From assembly GCA_025201805.1 (NCBI GenBank), contig MU619321.1:1-64000 (forward strand): a stretch of 64,000 nt of DNA, read 5' to 3'. The position numbers and the translations under genes were made by a program. This stretch comes from Parasitella parasitica NRRL 2501. Lineage: Eukaryota > Fungi > Mucoromycota. Position 1 is the first letter of the stretch. Every line of letters starts with the position of its first letter. The notes beneath the pieces are model-generated. The model was not told where the DNA came from. It saw nothing but the letters and a program-made list of their open reading frames with translations, and did not search any database. Positions 37,918-51,156 of the stretch are shown here, one piece after another.

Positions 37918-39715
37918 CTAATTTCCTTCAATACTATGCTGACCAATATACATAGTATTTAAATGGTCCTTTAGGTTTTGCACACCTACATCATCATATA
38001 CACAGAATGCATTTTTTTGTGGCTCAGTAAAATCTTTAGGAGGAGGTCTACAGAATTGCTGTAGATCATCTCTTAAGAAAGCTGGAACTTGTGTTAAGCT
38101 CAAATGATTTAGTTTGTGGCAACTATTTAGTAATTCGGCAATAGCTTGTACACTTAATCGAGTACAATAACTCAAATGTATGCATTCAATACTACAAGTG
38201 ACTCGAGCTTGATTTGCTTTTGATCGAATTGCTGCATCACTTATAAGAGCACATTTGACAAGGCCAACTCTTTTCCGCTTTGATAAATGTTTAAATGATT
38301 CAATAGCAGAAATATCTGTGACATTCACACAACATGCCACGTCTAAATAACGAAAAATAACGAATGCGAGGACAAACCGATGCAAGACGCTGGATTGATA
38401 GGTTAGTTATCTTGGAGCAATGGCCCAAATGTAAAGAGTGTAAATAGCGGCCTAGTTTACAAATAGATAATACACCATGATCAGTGATTTGAAAGCATTT
38501 GTTGAGGACTAGACTACGGACTTTCGGCGCTGACTGTACTAATATATCAATGGACACATCTGCAATGATGAAAATGCCAGTGAAATCCACTAATCGCAGT
38601 TGCTGATAAAACAACTGTTGTCGTTGTTGTAGCAATGAATTTATAAACGCTCCATCGTCAATCTGCACATTTGTATTGTCTGCATGACTAAGCCGAAGTT
38701 CTCGCAATTCTTGATTGTGATTGAATATGGATATCAATGCTTGGTTGTTTTTTTTTGCAATTCATGAAATCAACCTCCACAAGTCTAGGACAATGAGTCG
38801 ATAATGCAATAGCTGATTCGTCTGATACTTTTGAGTAGTTGTTTAGCTTTATCTAAATAATAGCAATATGAATACGCCCATGCGGTCCTCTTATTACATC
38901 CGCTTACTCTTCGTAAATGTATACATTGTGTTGCCAACATGCTGATCCCAGTATCTGTGATGCCATAGTGGTAACGACTCATACTCAAATTAAAGCCTTG
39001 CAAATGAGGGCATGATCTACAGCCTCAATTACTGGTGCATCCGTAATCTGATATACATCACTAAGGTCAACTGATACTAATTTAGGGCCAATATCATGTA
39101 TCAATGTGCATAATCCAACATCAGTTAGTTTAGAGTAACCGGCCAAAGTCAATCGTAAACGCTTGCAAGACCGTAATGTCGTGACGTGTAGGTCTTCGAC
39201 AGTGATGACAGATTAATACGGCGTATAAAAGTGGCGTATGAAAATGTGGTTTGTGAGTTGCTTGAATGATGGTGAAAAAAGTGATTCACGAGGGAGGCGG
39301 CTGCGAATTTTTGTGGCATTAGTTTGTGGGACTATGTTTAAGTCAAATATGTTTTAAGCTGTTATAAAATAAAAACCAACTGTTTATTGAAATTAATATA
39401 AGAATAGAAAAGTATGATTGTTTAAATATTACCAAAGTCTATTCTGAGCAATGTTGGTTATGAGTAAAAGTGGTTAGAGATTAGAGGAAAAGGGAAGGGT
39501 GGAAAAAATGATAGTTGCAGTATATAAATGTATGTCAATACTTGGTGGTACCAGCATAACCGAAAAGATGGTTCAAACCACATTATTTCTAAAGCCAGGT
39601 AGCTCCAACGTTTACACACACGAGAGCATGTTCTCAGGTCAATTGTGCCTTCAAATTTACGGAATACGCTTTGTATTATTTTCCATGATGAAAAGCAAGA
39701 AACCCCCCCCCCCAT
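37918..39715 (-). pseudogene. Grr1-like F-box/LRR protein pseudogene
   Basis: F-box DLRTCSRVCKRW; LRRs LVLNKCFQITD, LHLGHCSKIT, VGLVKC, IHLSYC, HLSLTQVPAFLRDDLQQFCRPPPKDFT; several frameshifts, including a 10-bp duplication at 38345-38364. Confidence 0.8.
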
Positions 39716-39790
39716 AATAGGTACCGTACAGCAATAATTTATTTTATTTCAAGTGTGATCATCAATGCGACCATTATCTAAGCATATTCT

Positions 39791-41048
39791 TTACAATGAC
39801 CATAGTTTAACAACATTATCACTACCACCACTCACAAGGACACCATCACGGAATCTTATAGAATTTACATGACTTTTATGGCCAACGAACGATCTATGCT
39901 GAAATGATGTTCGATTGTATACCTAGTGAGAACAGTTAAAATTCATGCAAGATACAAGTTGAACTCGAACTTACATCAATGGCATTGCTAGTCCCTGAAC
40001 TAATTATTTTGCTTGCACTAAACTGAAGGCTAGACACAGGTGTTGTGTATGTCAATGTGTCAAATACAGAGCCTGTACGCAAATCCCAAATTCTGATAGT
40101 TTTATCTAAACTGCCACTGACAAGATGGACTTGGTCGAACTGTAAACATGTAATAGGTGCACTGTGTCCAGGTAAAGTTCGGTGCGCTTGCCCAGTTCTC
40201 ACTATTCAAACATGAGTATAATTGCATGTGCACAGGTGTAACTACTTACAATCCCACATCCGAATTTTGCCATCAGAGGTGCCGCTTGCTAGAGCAAAAT
40301 CCCAAAACTGCAGCGCTCCAACAAAATCATGTGCAGCATAGCCGTAATTCATGGCTGTATCTAGCCAGGACTCTACAACACCTCCACCTCCACCTCCATT
40401 TTTGCTTGCCCACATTACATCCAACGTTAACAAACATTGCTGTGTTTCCAGATCCCATTGTCGAATGGTCTTGTCGTTAGATCCGGACACAGCGTTAGCT
40501 TGATTTGCATGTAACGCTGTCACCTCGCCTTGATGTCCTTCAAGTGTGAATGTTTCGTTAACAATACCACCGTCAATCGCCGTCAAACTAGGTGAACTAG
40601 GCGTAAATGAAAACAAGGAGCTTCCAGGAAAATTTTGCTGCGGTGGAGGAATAAGAGATAGGTCCCATTGTTTAATTGTATGGTCGTCCGAGCCTGTAAG
40701 AAGGGAGGCTTCATTTAAATGAAGACACCTCACAATGCCTTTATGACCCTCCACATTTCCAAGACAACGATTTCGATACAAATCCCATGCTTTCACAGTG
40801 CCGTCCATGGACGACGATACCAACATGCCTTTGCGATGATTGAAATCCAAGCATAATATATCGTCTGTATGTCCTTCTAATGTCCTGTAACATGTGCCTG
40901 ATTCGAAATCTTCATCGTCGGAATCTGATTCATTTCCTCTGTCTGATTTTGACGCTCTACCACCAATGCTTCCACCCTCTTCGATATCGATAATGGTGTC
41001 GTTTAAATCATCAACTATTTCAGACATTATTATCTGTGTTTTCGATTT

Positions 41049-41085
<37 letters not shown>

Positions 41086-41976
41086 AACTTACTTATGAGC
41101 TGCAGTTGAATGTCTTTTTCTTCCAATTTTTCCCATTTCTGTTCCAGAATTTCTCGTTTGTTCAGTAATTCATTAATTTGGAGGTTTATTTGTTCGATTT
41201 CATTTACAGTTGAAGACTGTGTGAACTAGATTAGCCTCCAAATCTTGTTTGTGTGTCGTTAACCTATTTCTCCCTCGTTATTTACCTTTTGCATGCCAAG
41301 TTTATCACAATCTCTAACTCTTTTCTCTCTTTCACTGATAATCTGGGTCAGTGATCTGGGCATGTCTAGCATGAAAAGCCATAAATATCGACTGCTACTC
41401 AACAAATTACAAAATATATATACCTTTGATCTGTCCCTCTGATTTGACATCTTGTCTCTTCTTCTTTGCACGGGGTTTTCTAGGAGACTTGCTTGTCTTG
41501 GCCAACGAAGGATAAGCAGATGCAAATCCTTGGAACAGCGTCACAGGGTTATTAGTTTCGGGTATATCAGCTTGCAAGAGAACGGTGCTTGACGGCCAAG
41601 CATACATTTTACCATGCAGCACAAGATCACGAGGTGCTGCCAATACTGTACTAGAATTAGATGTCTGTTGACGCTGTTGTTGCTGTTGCATGAGTTGTAA
41701 AGCTTTTACCATGGACTCGGATTTGTAGACTGGATGGGCAGCTAGAGGACTAAACATTACTGTAGAAAGCGACTCCAGTTGTGTCAACGAAGACGTCCAT
41801 TCAGTAGAGGGCGTTAGCCATACTCTCGCTGAATGCACCACACTGTTGGCCTTATGTTTAGCTGCAGCTACAACAGAAGTATAATTGAAAGAAGGGCTTG
41901 TATTGCTCGTATTTACAACAGTGGTGCGCTCTGATCTTTTGTGCACAATAGGTGGTGATTTTTTATCGGTGGACAT
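39791..41976 (-). CDS. MDV1: Mitochondrial fission adaptor Mdv1/Caf4 (coiled coil + WD40), multi-exon
   Basis: VTLFQGF N-terminal motif; coiled coil; FVGALQFWDFALASGTSDGKIRMWD|LRTGQAHRTLPGH. Confidence 0.85.
41053..41083. repeat. (CA)n microsatellite in an Mdv1 intron
   Basis: Seen directly in the sequence. Confidence 0.9.
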
Positions 41977-42466
41977 GGTCAGATTCTCTCCTTTTTAATG
42001 GAAAGAGGTATCAAGTAATATATTCAATGGGAAGAAACGAAAAGTTAATTGCAGTGCTTTTCAACCGTCCTTTTGTTGCCTTACTCAAGTGACGTCAGCT
42101 GAGCACCTTTCTGCATAATCTTTTGACATTGCTATTCCAAGAAACATTTAAAAGAGCAAATCAGTATAGATTATAAGTCAAGAGGGACAAATTGATGCTC
42201 GCTAGTGATGCTAAACATGACATGCTTATGTGCCAGGCAACCGATGTCTGATTCATATTCTGTCGCCGAACCCAGCAGTTCAGATGAGCAAGTGAGTTAC
42301 ATTTGATTCTGACGTGCCTTTGATTTAGGGTACAAGTTGCTGTGTAAACAGTGCTGCTTCTGCAAACATCACGGCACTTGCTTGTTGACCTGCTGAAAAA
42401 GGAATATCTACATGGCAACAAGATCATTGCCGTCGTATCATAGGTGCAACAGTTGTGCCGAATATT

Positions 42467-42476
42467 NNNNNNNNNN
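42467..42476. other. Assembly gap (10 N) next to a poly-A run
   Basis: N characters in the sequence. Confidence 1.
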
Positions 42477-42515
<39 letters not shown>

Positions 42516-42580
42516 GACTTTTTGCGACAAGTAGCAAGTATCCCTGCTGCATTCTTTTCTTTTGACAAACTCTGATTACA

Positions 42581-43311
42581 ATGGCATTGCGTTTACGAGT
42601 AAATGGAGCTAAAATGTTGGCAGCATGACAAGATATTTAACTGTATTTCATTAGCAAACCATAAAATTAACACATATCTACGGTCACAGGCGTGCAATGG
42701 TTACTACATTCAGCTCAAGTATGCAAACACATCTGCTAAATATCTCTAAATACTGATCTTATTTACTAGATAAATCTGCCAAGCGGCAAGATTGGACTGA
42801 AAATTTGGCCACGCCTGTTGCAGCAGACATGATCGGCATACCAGATCCTATTTCAAACCTTAGACCAGTCAAATACTATACGCCACCTAATGAAACAATG
42901 GAGGAGAAAGAATGGAGAGAATCATGTCAACGGGTAGATGCGTTTAACCAAGACTTTTGGCAAAAAAATAACACGCTATTCATGAAAGCAAAGGCAGAAT
43001 TTGAAGATCAATGTGAGTTGGGCATAGCACCTATATCCTCCATGATGCATTAACTATTATATATGTTAGTCAAGGCAAAGGGAGAAGTGGTGACAGCAGA
43101 GGCAATGTCTATGTTTTACAAAGATTTCTTGAACAAGGCATATGATCGTCAAATGGAGTACAATCGTACATGGTGGAAAATGAACATTGCTCAATTATAC
43201 CCCGGATTCAAAGCTGCAATCCGCTCGCTGCATAAATCAAAGAATGAACCTGGATCTGCAACATGTTTCAATAAAGGAAATGGCTTTTGGGAAAAGAGCT
43301 TTGAATCATAG
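42581..43311 (+). CDS. COA8: COA8/APOPT1 (DUF2315) mitochondrial protein, 3 introns
   Basis: IGIPDPISNLRPV, FNQDFWQKNN, MSMFYKDFLN...MEYNRTWWK; basic N terminus. Confidence 0.8.
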
Positions 43312-43335
43312 AACGAATAAATATTTTATTTCAAA

Positions 43336-44194
43336 TTACAAATTTGCAACAGACGCTCTTTGCAAAAGTTTGTTGACTTTACTAGCGTCCATATATTCTT
43401 TAACAATAGCACTAACTCCCTTGAATTTTTCGTGCTTTGCGTCTTGGCACAATTGGAAGAGGACAGACTCAGATGTAGTGACAACAGCCCCAGCAGATCT
43501 CATGCGCTGGAAAAGAAATTAGTGTAAGCAACAGATTTCATATATCTATATGTATATCCAACATACAGCAATTGCAATGTCAATCTCGGGATAGTTTTGA
43601 GATGAAATGCCATCGGCAATGACATGGACATCATAGCCGTTTTCGAGCAACTCAAGAGCAGTTTGAAGAACACACACGTGGCTCTACATCAATGGATGAA
43701 TAGCAAGAACAAACTGCACTGACATGTACGTACCTCAATACCTAGTAGAAGAATGGATTTGGTGTTGTTCTTTTTCAAGACGTCAACAACTTCAGGCAAG
43801 TACATGCTGAACTTTGTCTTTTCGACGCATACAGCTGCATCAGAAATATCCAGCTCGGTGACAGTTTTCTCAAACGCTATTATGAGTGAGAAAAATATAG
43901 TTTATCGGTACGTGCTTTATACATGTTACCCTTTGGATATTGTTCAGTGACAACTATAGGAACATCCAAAAGCTTACTGGCTTTGATCTAAAAAATCAAA
44001 ATTGATTGACACGGTAAGCTACAATAAAGAATTGTTCCGTCTTTCTTGGTTGTTATATATAAACTTGCCATTTTACCAGCAACAGAGATGACGGAAGGGT
44101 ATTGCCAGATAAGGCCCTTGAAGCGTTCTTGAATATCACAAATAAACAGGGCGGTAGTTTTGGGAACCAACTTGGCAACCTTCTTGATAGACAT
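43336..44194 (-). CDS. Isochorismatase-domain protein (ISOC1/2-like), multi-exon
   Basis: [12 protein letters not shown]; VTEQYPK; KTKFSM; [16 protein letters not shown]. Confidence 0.9.
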
Positions 44195-44433
44195 AGTGGA
44201 TAATAAAGAAAATTAAGATAAAGGGAAAAAAAGATAATAATGGGTTTCCTGGTGGGAAAGGAATTTGTAACAATGGTGTAAGCTGAAAATATACCTTGAT
44301 TTGAAAGTCAATTGCTATACTACTGATCTGGCAAGTTCTGCCTGATTATCCTCTCAAGTGAGAGGATTTAAGAAATAGGTGTACTTGCTTGCTTAATCGG
44401 TAACTGAAAGTTTGTGGAAGGACTAAAAAAGAG

Positions 44434-44507
44434 TGCTTCCAGCCGGGGTCGAACCGGCGATCTTCGCTATGTGAAAGCGATGAGTTAAACCACTTCTCCA
44501 TGGAAAC
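44434..44507 (-). tRNA. tRNA-Val (anticodon CAC)
   Basis: Acceptor stem GTTTCCA/TGGAAGC; anticodon arm TCGCT-TTCACAT-AGCGA; T arm GCCGG-TTCGACC-CCGGC; oligo-T terminator. Confidence 0.95.
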
Positions 44508-44965
44508 CTCCACGAGTTTTTGCTCAACGCAAAAAATTATATTTAATAAATTAATTTTTAATATCACGTGATAAAGCTTGATAACCATCAAGTTCATTGT
44601 AGTGTAACAAAAGTTGATAGTTGATTTGCTTTGCAGGTTAATCATGATGAAAATAAAAATAAAACCAACTTACCATAATTATATTCCTTCTTGATAATTA
44701 ACATTTACTTCATGTCATTGCGAAATATGGTCATCACAGTATTTTTTATGATGTTGACTTGATGAAGTATGAAAAAAATACTAAAACCTAGGCACCATTG
44801 GGATTAATTCCTTTGATTTATGTTAAAAAAATTGATCTGATTTAAGATAGTGAACAGTTATTTAGTATATTGAATTGATGAAATTCGAAAGAAATAATAC
44901 ACATTCATTCCAATTGACATGATATGTCTTGATGAATATTATAATTCATGACTCAAAAACCCCGC

Positions 44966-44989
44966 CTTATCTTATCCTTAAAAGATAAC
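44966..44989. promoter_or_regulatory. Cluster of GATAA sites upstream of the ammonium permease
   Basis: CTTATCTTATC...GATAAC about 80-100 bp before the ATG; GATA factors are known regulators of fungal MEP genes. Confidence 0.45.
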
Positions 44990-45069
44990 AAGATGCCCCA
45001 AGTCTTTTTCTCTTCTTGTGTTCTACTTTTTCACATTTTGTTGGTTGGTTTCCTTGCATTAAATCAATT

Positions 45070-47428
45070 ATGTCGGCCAATACAACATCACCAGACTTGG
45101 AAACAAACTATGTTACAAATAGCGGCGATACCGGATGGGTGATGATATGTACAATGCTTGTATTTTTGATGGTAATATTGTTATTTAATCAAAGTAAACA
45201 GCAGTATGTTTTGACATTTATCAAAAGTCACCTGCATTGGGATTTTTTTACGCAGGACTTGCCAGAGCTAAAAATGCATTATCACTTATGTATCTAACCG
45301 TTATGTCAGTTGCAGTTGTTTCTTTTCAAGTACATATGTAAACCATGGGATATGGGATTTTCACGTTTTTAATTCTTTTCTTCTGTTTCATAGTGGTACT
45401 TGATTGGTTATTCACTCACCTTTTCTGAAACCGGATCCTCTTTCATTGGCGATTCCAGTAAGAAAATGACGATTGATGATTGTTTCTTTTTACTAGAGCG
45501 TTTACGGTAGAAAATTTTCTGTTACGAGATGTTGGTAGACAACCACAAGCACCTGGTCAAACAATCCCAGCTTCAGCTTTTATGTTGTTTCAATGTATGT
45601 TTGCTGCCATCACGCCAGGTAAACAAAACCGTTGTGTCATCTCCAGATTTGGAAATCAAAATTAATGACACTATATATATGTTTAGCATTAGCTTTTGGA
45701 TCTGCCGCGGAACGAATGTCGGTAAGTTTTGGTAGCCTTTGTGTTGTTTATATATGACTTACAATTTGGAAATTTTAGTTGGGTCCAGCAATATTATTTA
45801 TTTTTATTTGGACAACCTTAGTCTATGGTTTGTACTCATGTGAATAAGACAAGTACGATCCAATAACAACCGTTTCAGATATCATCACCAATTGGGTTTG
45901 GAGCCCAAAAGGTTGGCTTGCTGTAATGGGCGTTATGGATTATGCAGGGTATTTTTAATTGTCTTGAGATTTGAAAAATTATATTAATTTGAATCTGTTC
46001 ACATAGTGGCACACCTGTTCATATTTCAAGTGGTTTAGCAGCAGGTAAATATTATCACCATTACATCCTTGTTTAATTGGTTAACCTTATCATCGTATAG
46101 TTGCCTATGCTATGGTCGTTGGCAAACGCAGAGATTACAATGAAAATGTCAATGTTCCTCATAATGTTTCGTTTGTGTTCTTGGGTTTAGCTTTGATGTG
46201 GTTTGGCTGGCTAGGCTTTAATGCTGGAAGTGCTTTAGGTGCTAATGCTCGTAGCGTTCATTCTCTTGTATGCACTCATTTATCAGCTTGCACGGCTGCT
46301 GTTGTCTGGGTTTTGATGGACTATCAACACACTCGTAAGTGGTCTATCATTGGTCTTTGTACAGGAGCTGTTGCCGGTTTGGCTACAATCACCCCAGGAT
46401 CAGGCTTTGTGAGCGAGGCAAGCTCTCTTGCATTTGGAGCACTAGGCTCTATTATATCTAATATTATTATTCGCTTCAAACATCGCCTTGGTTTTGACGA
46501 TGCTCTTGATGTGTTTGCTGTGCATTACATTGGTGGTTTAGTAGGCCTGGTGCTGACCGGCATCTTTGCAGAGCAGCGAGTGATTGCATTGGGCTTTCCT
46601 GAAGGTACGCCCTCTGATGCTATGCCCAAGGGAGGTTGGCTTGATGGAAATTGGGTTCAAGTGCCTGTTCAATTGGCTGCTATTGGTAGCGTTTCTGCTT
46701 GGTCGTTTGTTGTTACTTACATCATATTGGTTGTACTCAACAAAATACCCTCTCTTAAATTGAGGTTAGCCGACGAAGACGAAATTATTGGTACTGATTG
46801 GGCAGAAATGGGTGAGCGTGCTTATGGCTACTTGCCCATGGACGAAGAACAAGCTCGAATTCAACAACTAGAAGAAGAAAATAGACGCCGCTTAGAAGAA
46901 GCAGAAGAAGAAGCTATTAGTCAGGGCCGCGCAGTGCAACTGGATGAACATGTTAACGGTACACTTGGACATCAAAATAGAAATTCAAGTGGTATAGATT
47001 TGCATCTGAATACAGTCCCAACTGGAACTAGTACGGCTCACCGTAAAGGGTTCAAGCAAAACCTCTGCCATGTAATGACGGCTCAAAGTCCATTTAAAAA
47101 GAAAAAGAGGAATAATCCAGTAGATGGTGCATTTGTTATGGAAGAGCCTGTCATATTGAATTATGGACAAGATAAAGATGTTGGTGGTGATGGTAGTTTA
47201 TCTAAAGAAATGGATTCTTATACCTTGAAGAGTGCCCGCACACAGCAACCACAGAAAGATGTGGAATTGGCTGATTTAGCAGATCAAAAGAAATCTTTCT
47301 ATTACGATACAGATGAAGTTGGAACGAGCACAACTGTGAGTAGTGGGCATAACACACCGAGAATTGAATTCCATGATTCAGATATTGAGTGTGTCAATAG
47401 CAATAGCTCGCCTCAAGTAAAAAGATGA
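45070..47428 (+). CDS. Ammonium transporter (Amt/Mep), 8 introns, long C-terminal tail
   Basis: FQCMFAAITP; GSAAER; DYAGGTPVHISSG; WFGWLGFNAGS; DDALDVFAVH. Confidence 0.95.
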
Positions 47429-47483
47429 ACGATCGTTTTGTAATAACAAACAGTACGCATAATATATTTATATTTATCAACAA

Positions 47484-49004
47484 CTAATTTACAAAATCTT
47501 CGTAATCATCCATAACATTCATATTCTCCAAATCTAAGTTTTGGGGATAAAGTGTATTATCCAAGCGAGTTTCAGGTTCATAAAGACAAGAATATTCTGG
47601 TTTATGATCAGGCAGCATACCAGGCGTGTAATTGTAATTGTATGTTTGTTCATGAAGTTCCCATACACCCCGACGTACCAACGTTCTATCGCCAGAGGGC
47701 TCGGTAAACGTTGCATCCTTGTCAACAACTTCAGGTTCACTCAATATGACAGTATCTGCAGACGTAACTTCAACATAAATTGTATAACTGCGCATATCAT
47801 TTACGATGCAACGCATCCAACCACGAATTTTTTGATCAGCATTAACAGCAAGGGGCTCTTTGAATAAGAAGCGTACTTGTTGCCAATGAGTACGATCAGC
47901 GCTTGGTCCAGTTGACATTTCGACAGTGCTGCCTAAATCTTCTGAATTAGGTTTGTCATAAGGTGGAGGTGCAAACACGAGGTCGAACCATCCTGCAACG
48001 CCGTGCATTAGCCCTGTGTATTGGGCAGTCCAACTAAATGGAATTGTGATATCTTGCAACTCTTCAACAGTGACAGTAGAGAAATCAACACCATAGGTAT
48101 CAAATATGGAAGGAGTCGTGATCAAGCTGCGAGGATCAAAGTGGCCAACGACGGGCATACCAAACATTTCATCACGAGCGTCCTTGTAAAGTGGAGTCAA
48201 ATCGATACCATAGAATGATTGCTGCTCCCTAATGTGAAAGATTTCAGTGAGCTCTTTTTTTTCTTCTTTAATGCAATAGACTTACCAGAAACGAGCTTTA
48301 CCCATCGTTTCACTCCATAAAGTTGCATCAGTGAATGGCGCAAGGTAAATGTTGCCTTTGGAGGGGAATAAAGCTCCTCCAGGCTTCAAATAGTGGTCCC
48401 TAGCATAAACATAGCTTTCCAACTATAGCCTAGTTAGTACACATTATCTATTTCGACCAGCTTAACTCATCTTGCCATTCTTTCATGGAACAAAAGCACA
48501 CCAATAGGCTCGGATATGATTGTATCAACTTTGGGCACTGGTAAATTAGGCTCTTCAATCTTAGCTATACCCCAACTTTTTAATATCAAATTAGCTGTTT
48601 ACGTTTAAAAATGCACGCACCATTCACTACTTTGATTTTATCCCTCAAGAAAGCATTCTTTCCTTCATCAGCAGCTTTGACAAGCTTCTCCATTTTTTTA
48701 GCCATCCCGGATGCTTCAACAGCGTAAACTTTCTGGGCACCAGCTTGAACCGCAAAATAGGAAAGAATACCAGAGCCAGAACCAACATCCATAACAAGCT
48801 TATCTTTAAAAGACTTGGGTCCGTTCAACAAGATGGAAGAGCGGTAAGTAGAGGTACGTACGGTATCTTGCAGCATATTTTGCTAAACAAACATGTCAGT
48901 CTTGACCGCGTATACTACACAGATGAGCGTACCTGATGCTGAAGTTGAGCATAATAACCGAAGTATTGTGGATCTCTGTGTTCTACACCAGGGACTTCAG
49001 ACAT
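47484..49004 (-). CDS. CARM1: Protein arginine methyltransferase CARM1/PRMT4-like, multi-exon
   Basis: [24 protein letters not shown]; [10 protein letters not shown]; [17 protein letters not shown]; THWQQ. Confidence 0.82.
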
Positions 49005-49888
49005 ATTTCTCGTGTTCGTGAAAAGGATAAAAAAGGTGAGTTTGTAAAAAGTGCCAGGTGTCGAAGTTCTTCGGAATTGGTAACCAAAGGAATTGGCTTC
49101 CTGCCAATGTTATACCCTTCATCGACGAAGGAAACTGGTCACAAATACAGAATATGCTCAATATTTATGGAGAAGGTAGTTGGTATTAATCCTTCTTTTT
49201 TGTGATGGCTAATTTTGTACAATAATATCTTGATTCATCAAAACCCAAAATTTGGTTCTCTTTATGCTTAGCAGCTTTAAAGTTAGATTTTAAAAGCTCC
49301 AAATCTCTGCAAAAAATCAAACTACTGCATCGATGAAAGTCGATCTTTCTAGTTACACTTTACCTTTAGTATTTTTATCGCAAAATGACAATTTAAAGTC
49401 TAGTCCTCACTGAAGTATATCTATAGAGCTTTCATGAGCGATCCCTCATCACTCAATTTTTAAATCTCCTTAATCGCATTATAGCAATGGAAAATGCATT
49501 TACAATGATAAACAGTGCCTTGAAGCATAGTAGATGGCGGGTTTAATTGCTATCTACTATTTTTAAATCTTAAAATAGATTGAATACGAGGCTGTTATCA
49601 ACTAAGAATTGCCAGAACTTCATATAGAACTTCAGAAAGTTTTATCAATAGATATTCTTAAAAAAAAAAAAGTACATTCAATGCAGAATTTAATCTGATA
49701 CCTATAAAGTTCAACACGCTATGGCGACTTGCCTTACGATTTGATGCGAAATAAGCATTTTGCACACACCTGCGTTTAAATAATTATTGGCATCTACCTT
49801 GAAAAAAAAAGAGATGCCGATTCGGTTATCAATACGAAAGCTCAGTGTTTTAAAAGAACAAAACTTTCTTTTTTCGTCCCTTTGTAAA

Positions 49889-51027
49889 ATGAATGCAGCA
49901 CGCAGCTCTTTTCAAGGTCCCGAATATAACAGCAATCCACCATGGCAAAAATTACTATGGGTGAAACAAAACTATCCAGATAATTATGTAGACAATACAT
50001 TTTTAGAAGAACTTCAGCGAAACGGTAGAGCATAGTAGAGTCTTCCAAGTTTGTTGTGTAATCTAACAGCAGCATACATACAGTAAACGTCCGCTCTTAT
50101 GATTATTGGACTATGGTATACGAATCTGGAGTGATTACACAACAAGTTAGCAGTGTTGTTATATTTATTGCGATCTTTATCTATCTACAAATTCATTCCT
50201 TGTCTGGAAATCATTTGATATGGTCAGGATCTTTACTTACCGGTCTTGGATATATATTTTGGGATCTGATTATACGAAGCAATTATGAGTTCAAACGTAC
50301 GTACACGAATATATGCATTACCTCAATGTATTGAATAAAACATAGGTCAACGCGTGGCAAAAAGTGCTTTTTTTTTTAATATCACACTATTAGGATTATC
50401 GCCTATTTTGAAAACATTGACCAGTCAAACAAGCGATGATACTATCTGGGCATTAACAGTATGTTGTTTTCTGGCTAATGTACTATTTCATGACTACAAA
50501 ACACAGGCCAAAATTATAAAGCAAGTATCAGGTCATCTTTGCTTAGGAGTGGGCCTAATTTTTTTGTAGGATCCCCGGCTCACTATCTACAAATGCAGCC
50601 ATTTTTGCATCAGTACTATTAGCATCTCGATTAGATACTAATGTTGATGTATTCGGATTACTGTCGTTTGCCGTAGAGTGGTTTTCACTGTTTCCTATTT
50701 TCAGAAGACATCTTAAGGACTTGAATCCGTTGATACAGATTGGTGTTACAATGGCAATGTTGCTTGCTTGTGTAGCATTATTTATTCAAATATCAAAAGC
50801 AGTGGTATTTTTGTATATATTGGGCTTTTGTTTTTTAACCTTTATCTGTCCTTATTGGCTTATTTTTATTCAAAAGTATAAAAAGTAAGCTTCAAGTAGA
50901 ATGGACATACCATACAGTATATTAAGCCTAAAGTATTAGTGAAATTCATGGACCATGGGATGAAGCAAGACCAAGATTACAAAGAGCTAATAGACGCAAC
51001 ATGTATAGAAAAAGGGCCAACAACTAG
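49889..51027 (+). CDS. GPI2: GPI-GlcNAc transferase subunit PIG-C/Gpi2, multi-exon
   Basis: WQKLLWVKQNYPDNYVD; LSPILKTLTSQTSDDTIW; SLSTNAAIFASVLLASRL; KNEIHGPWDEA. Confidence 0.95.
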
Positions 51028-51156
51028 TATTCAAGGAATGGCTTTTTCTCTCTGGGGATTATTTTATGCGATGAAGAAATAGTTGCAGATAAATATATGA
51101 ATATAAAGAAAAATAGATGGAATAGTATTTATATTTACAGGTTGGTGATAAACACT

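Noticed and set aside
43336-43350. C-terminal -ANL of isochorismatase as a PTS1 signal
   Set aside because: Non-canonical tripeptide without an upstream basic residue; cannot be supported from sequence alone.
44346-44645. ORFs overlapping the tRNA genes (also 62080-62307)
   Set aside because: Chance frames across tRNA loci.
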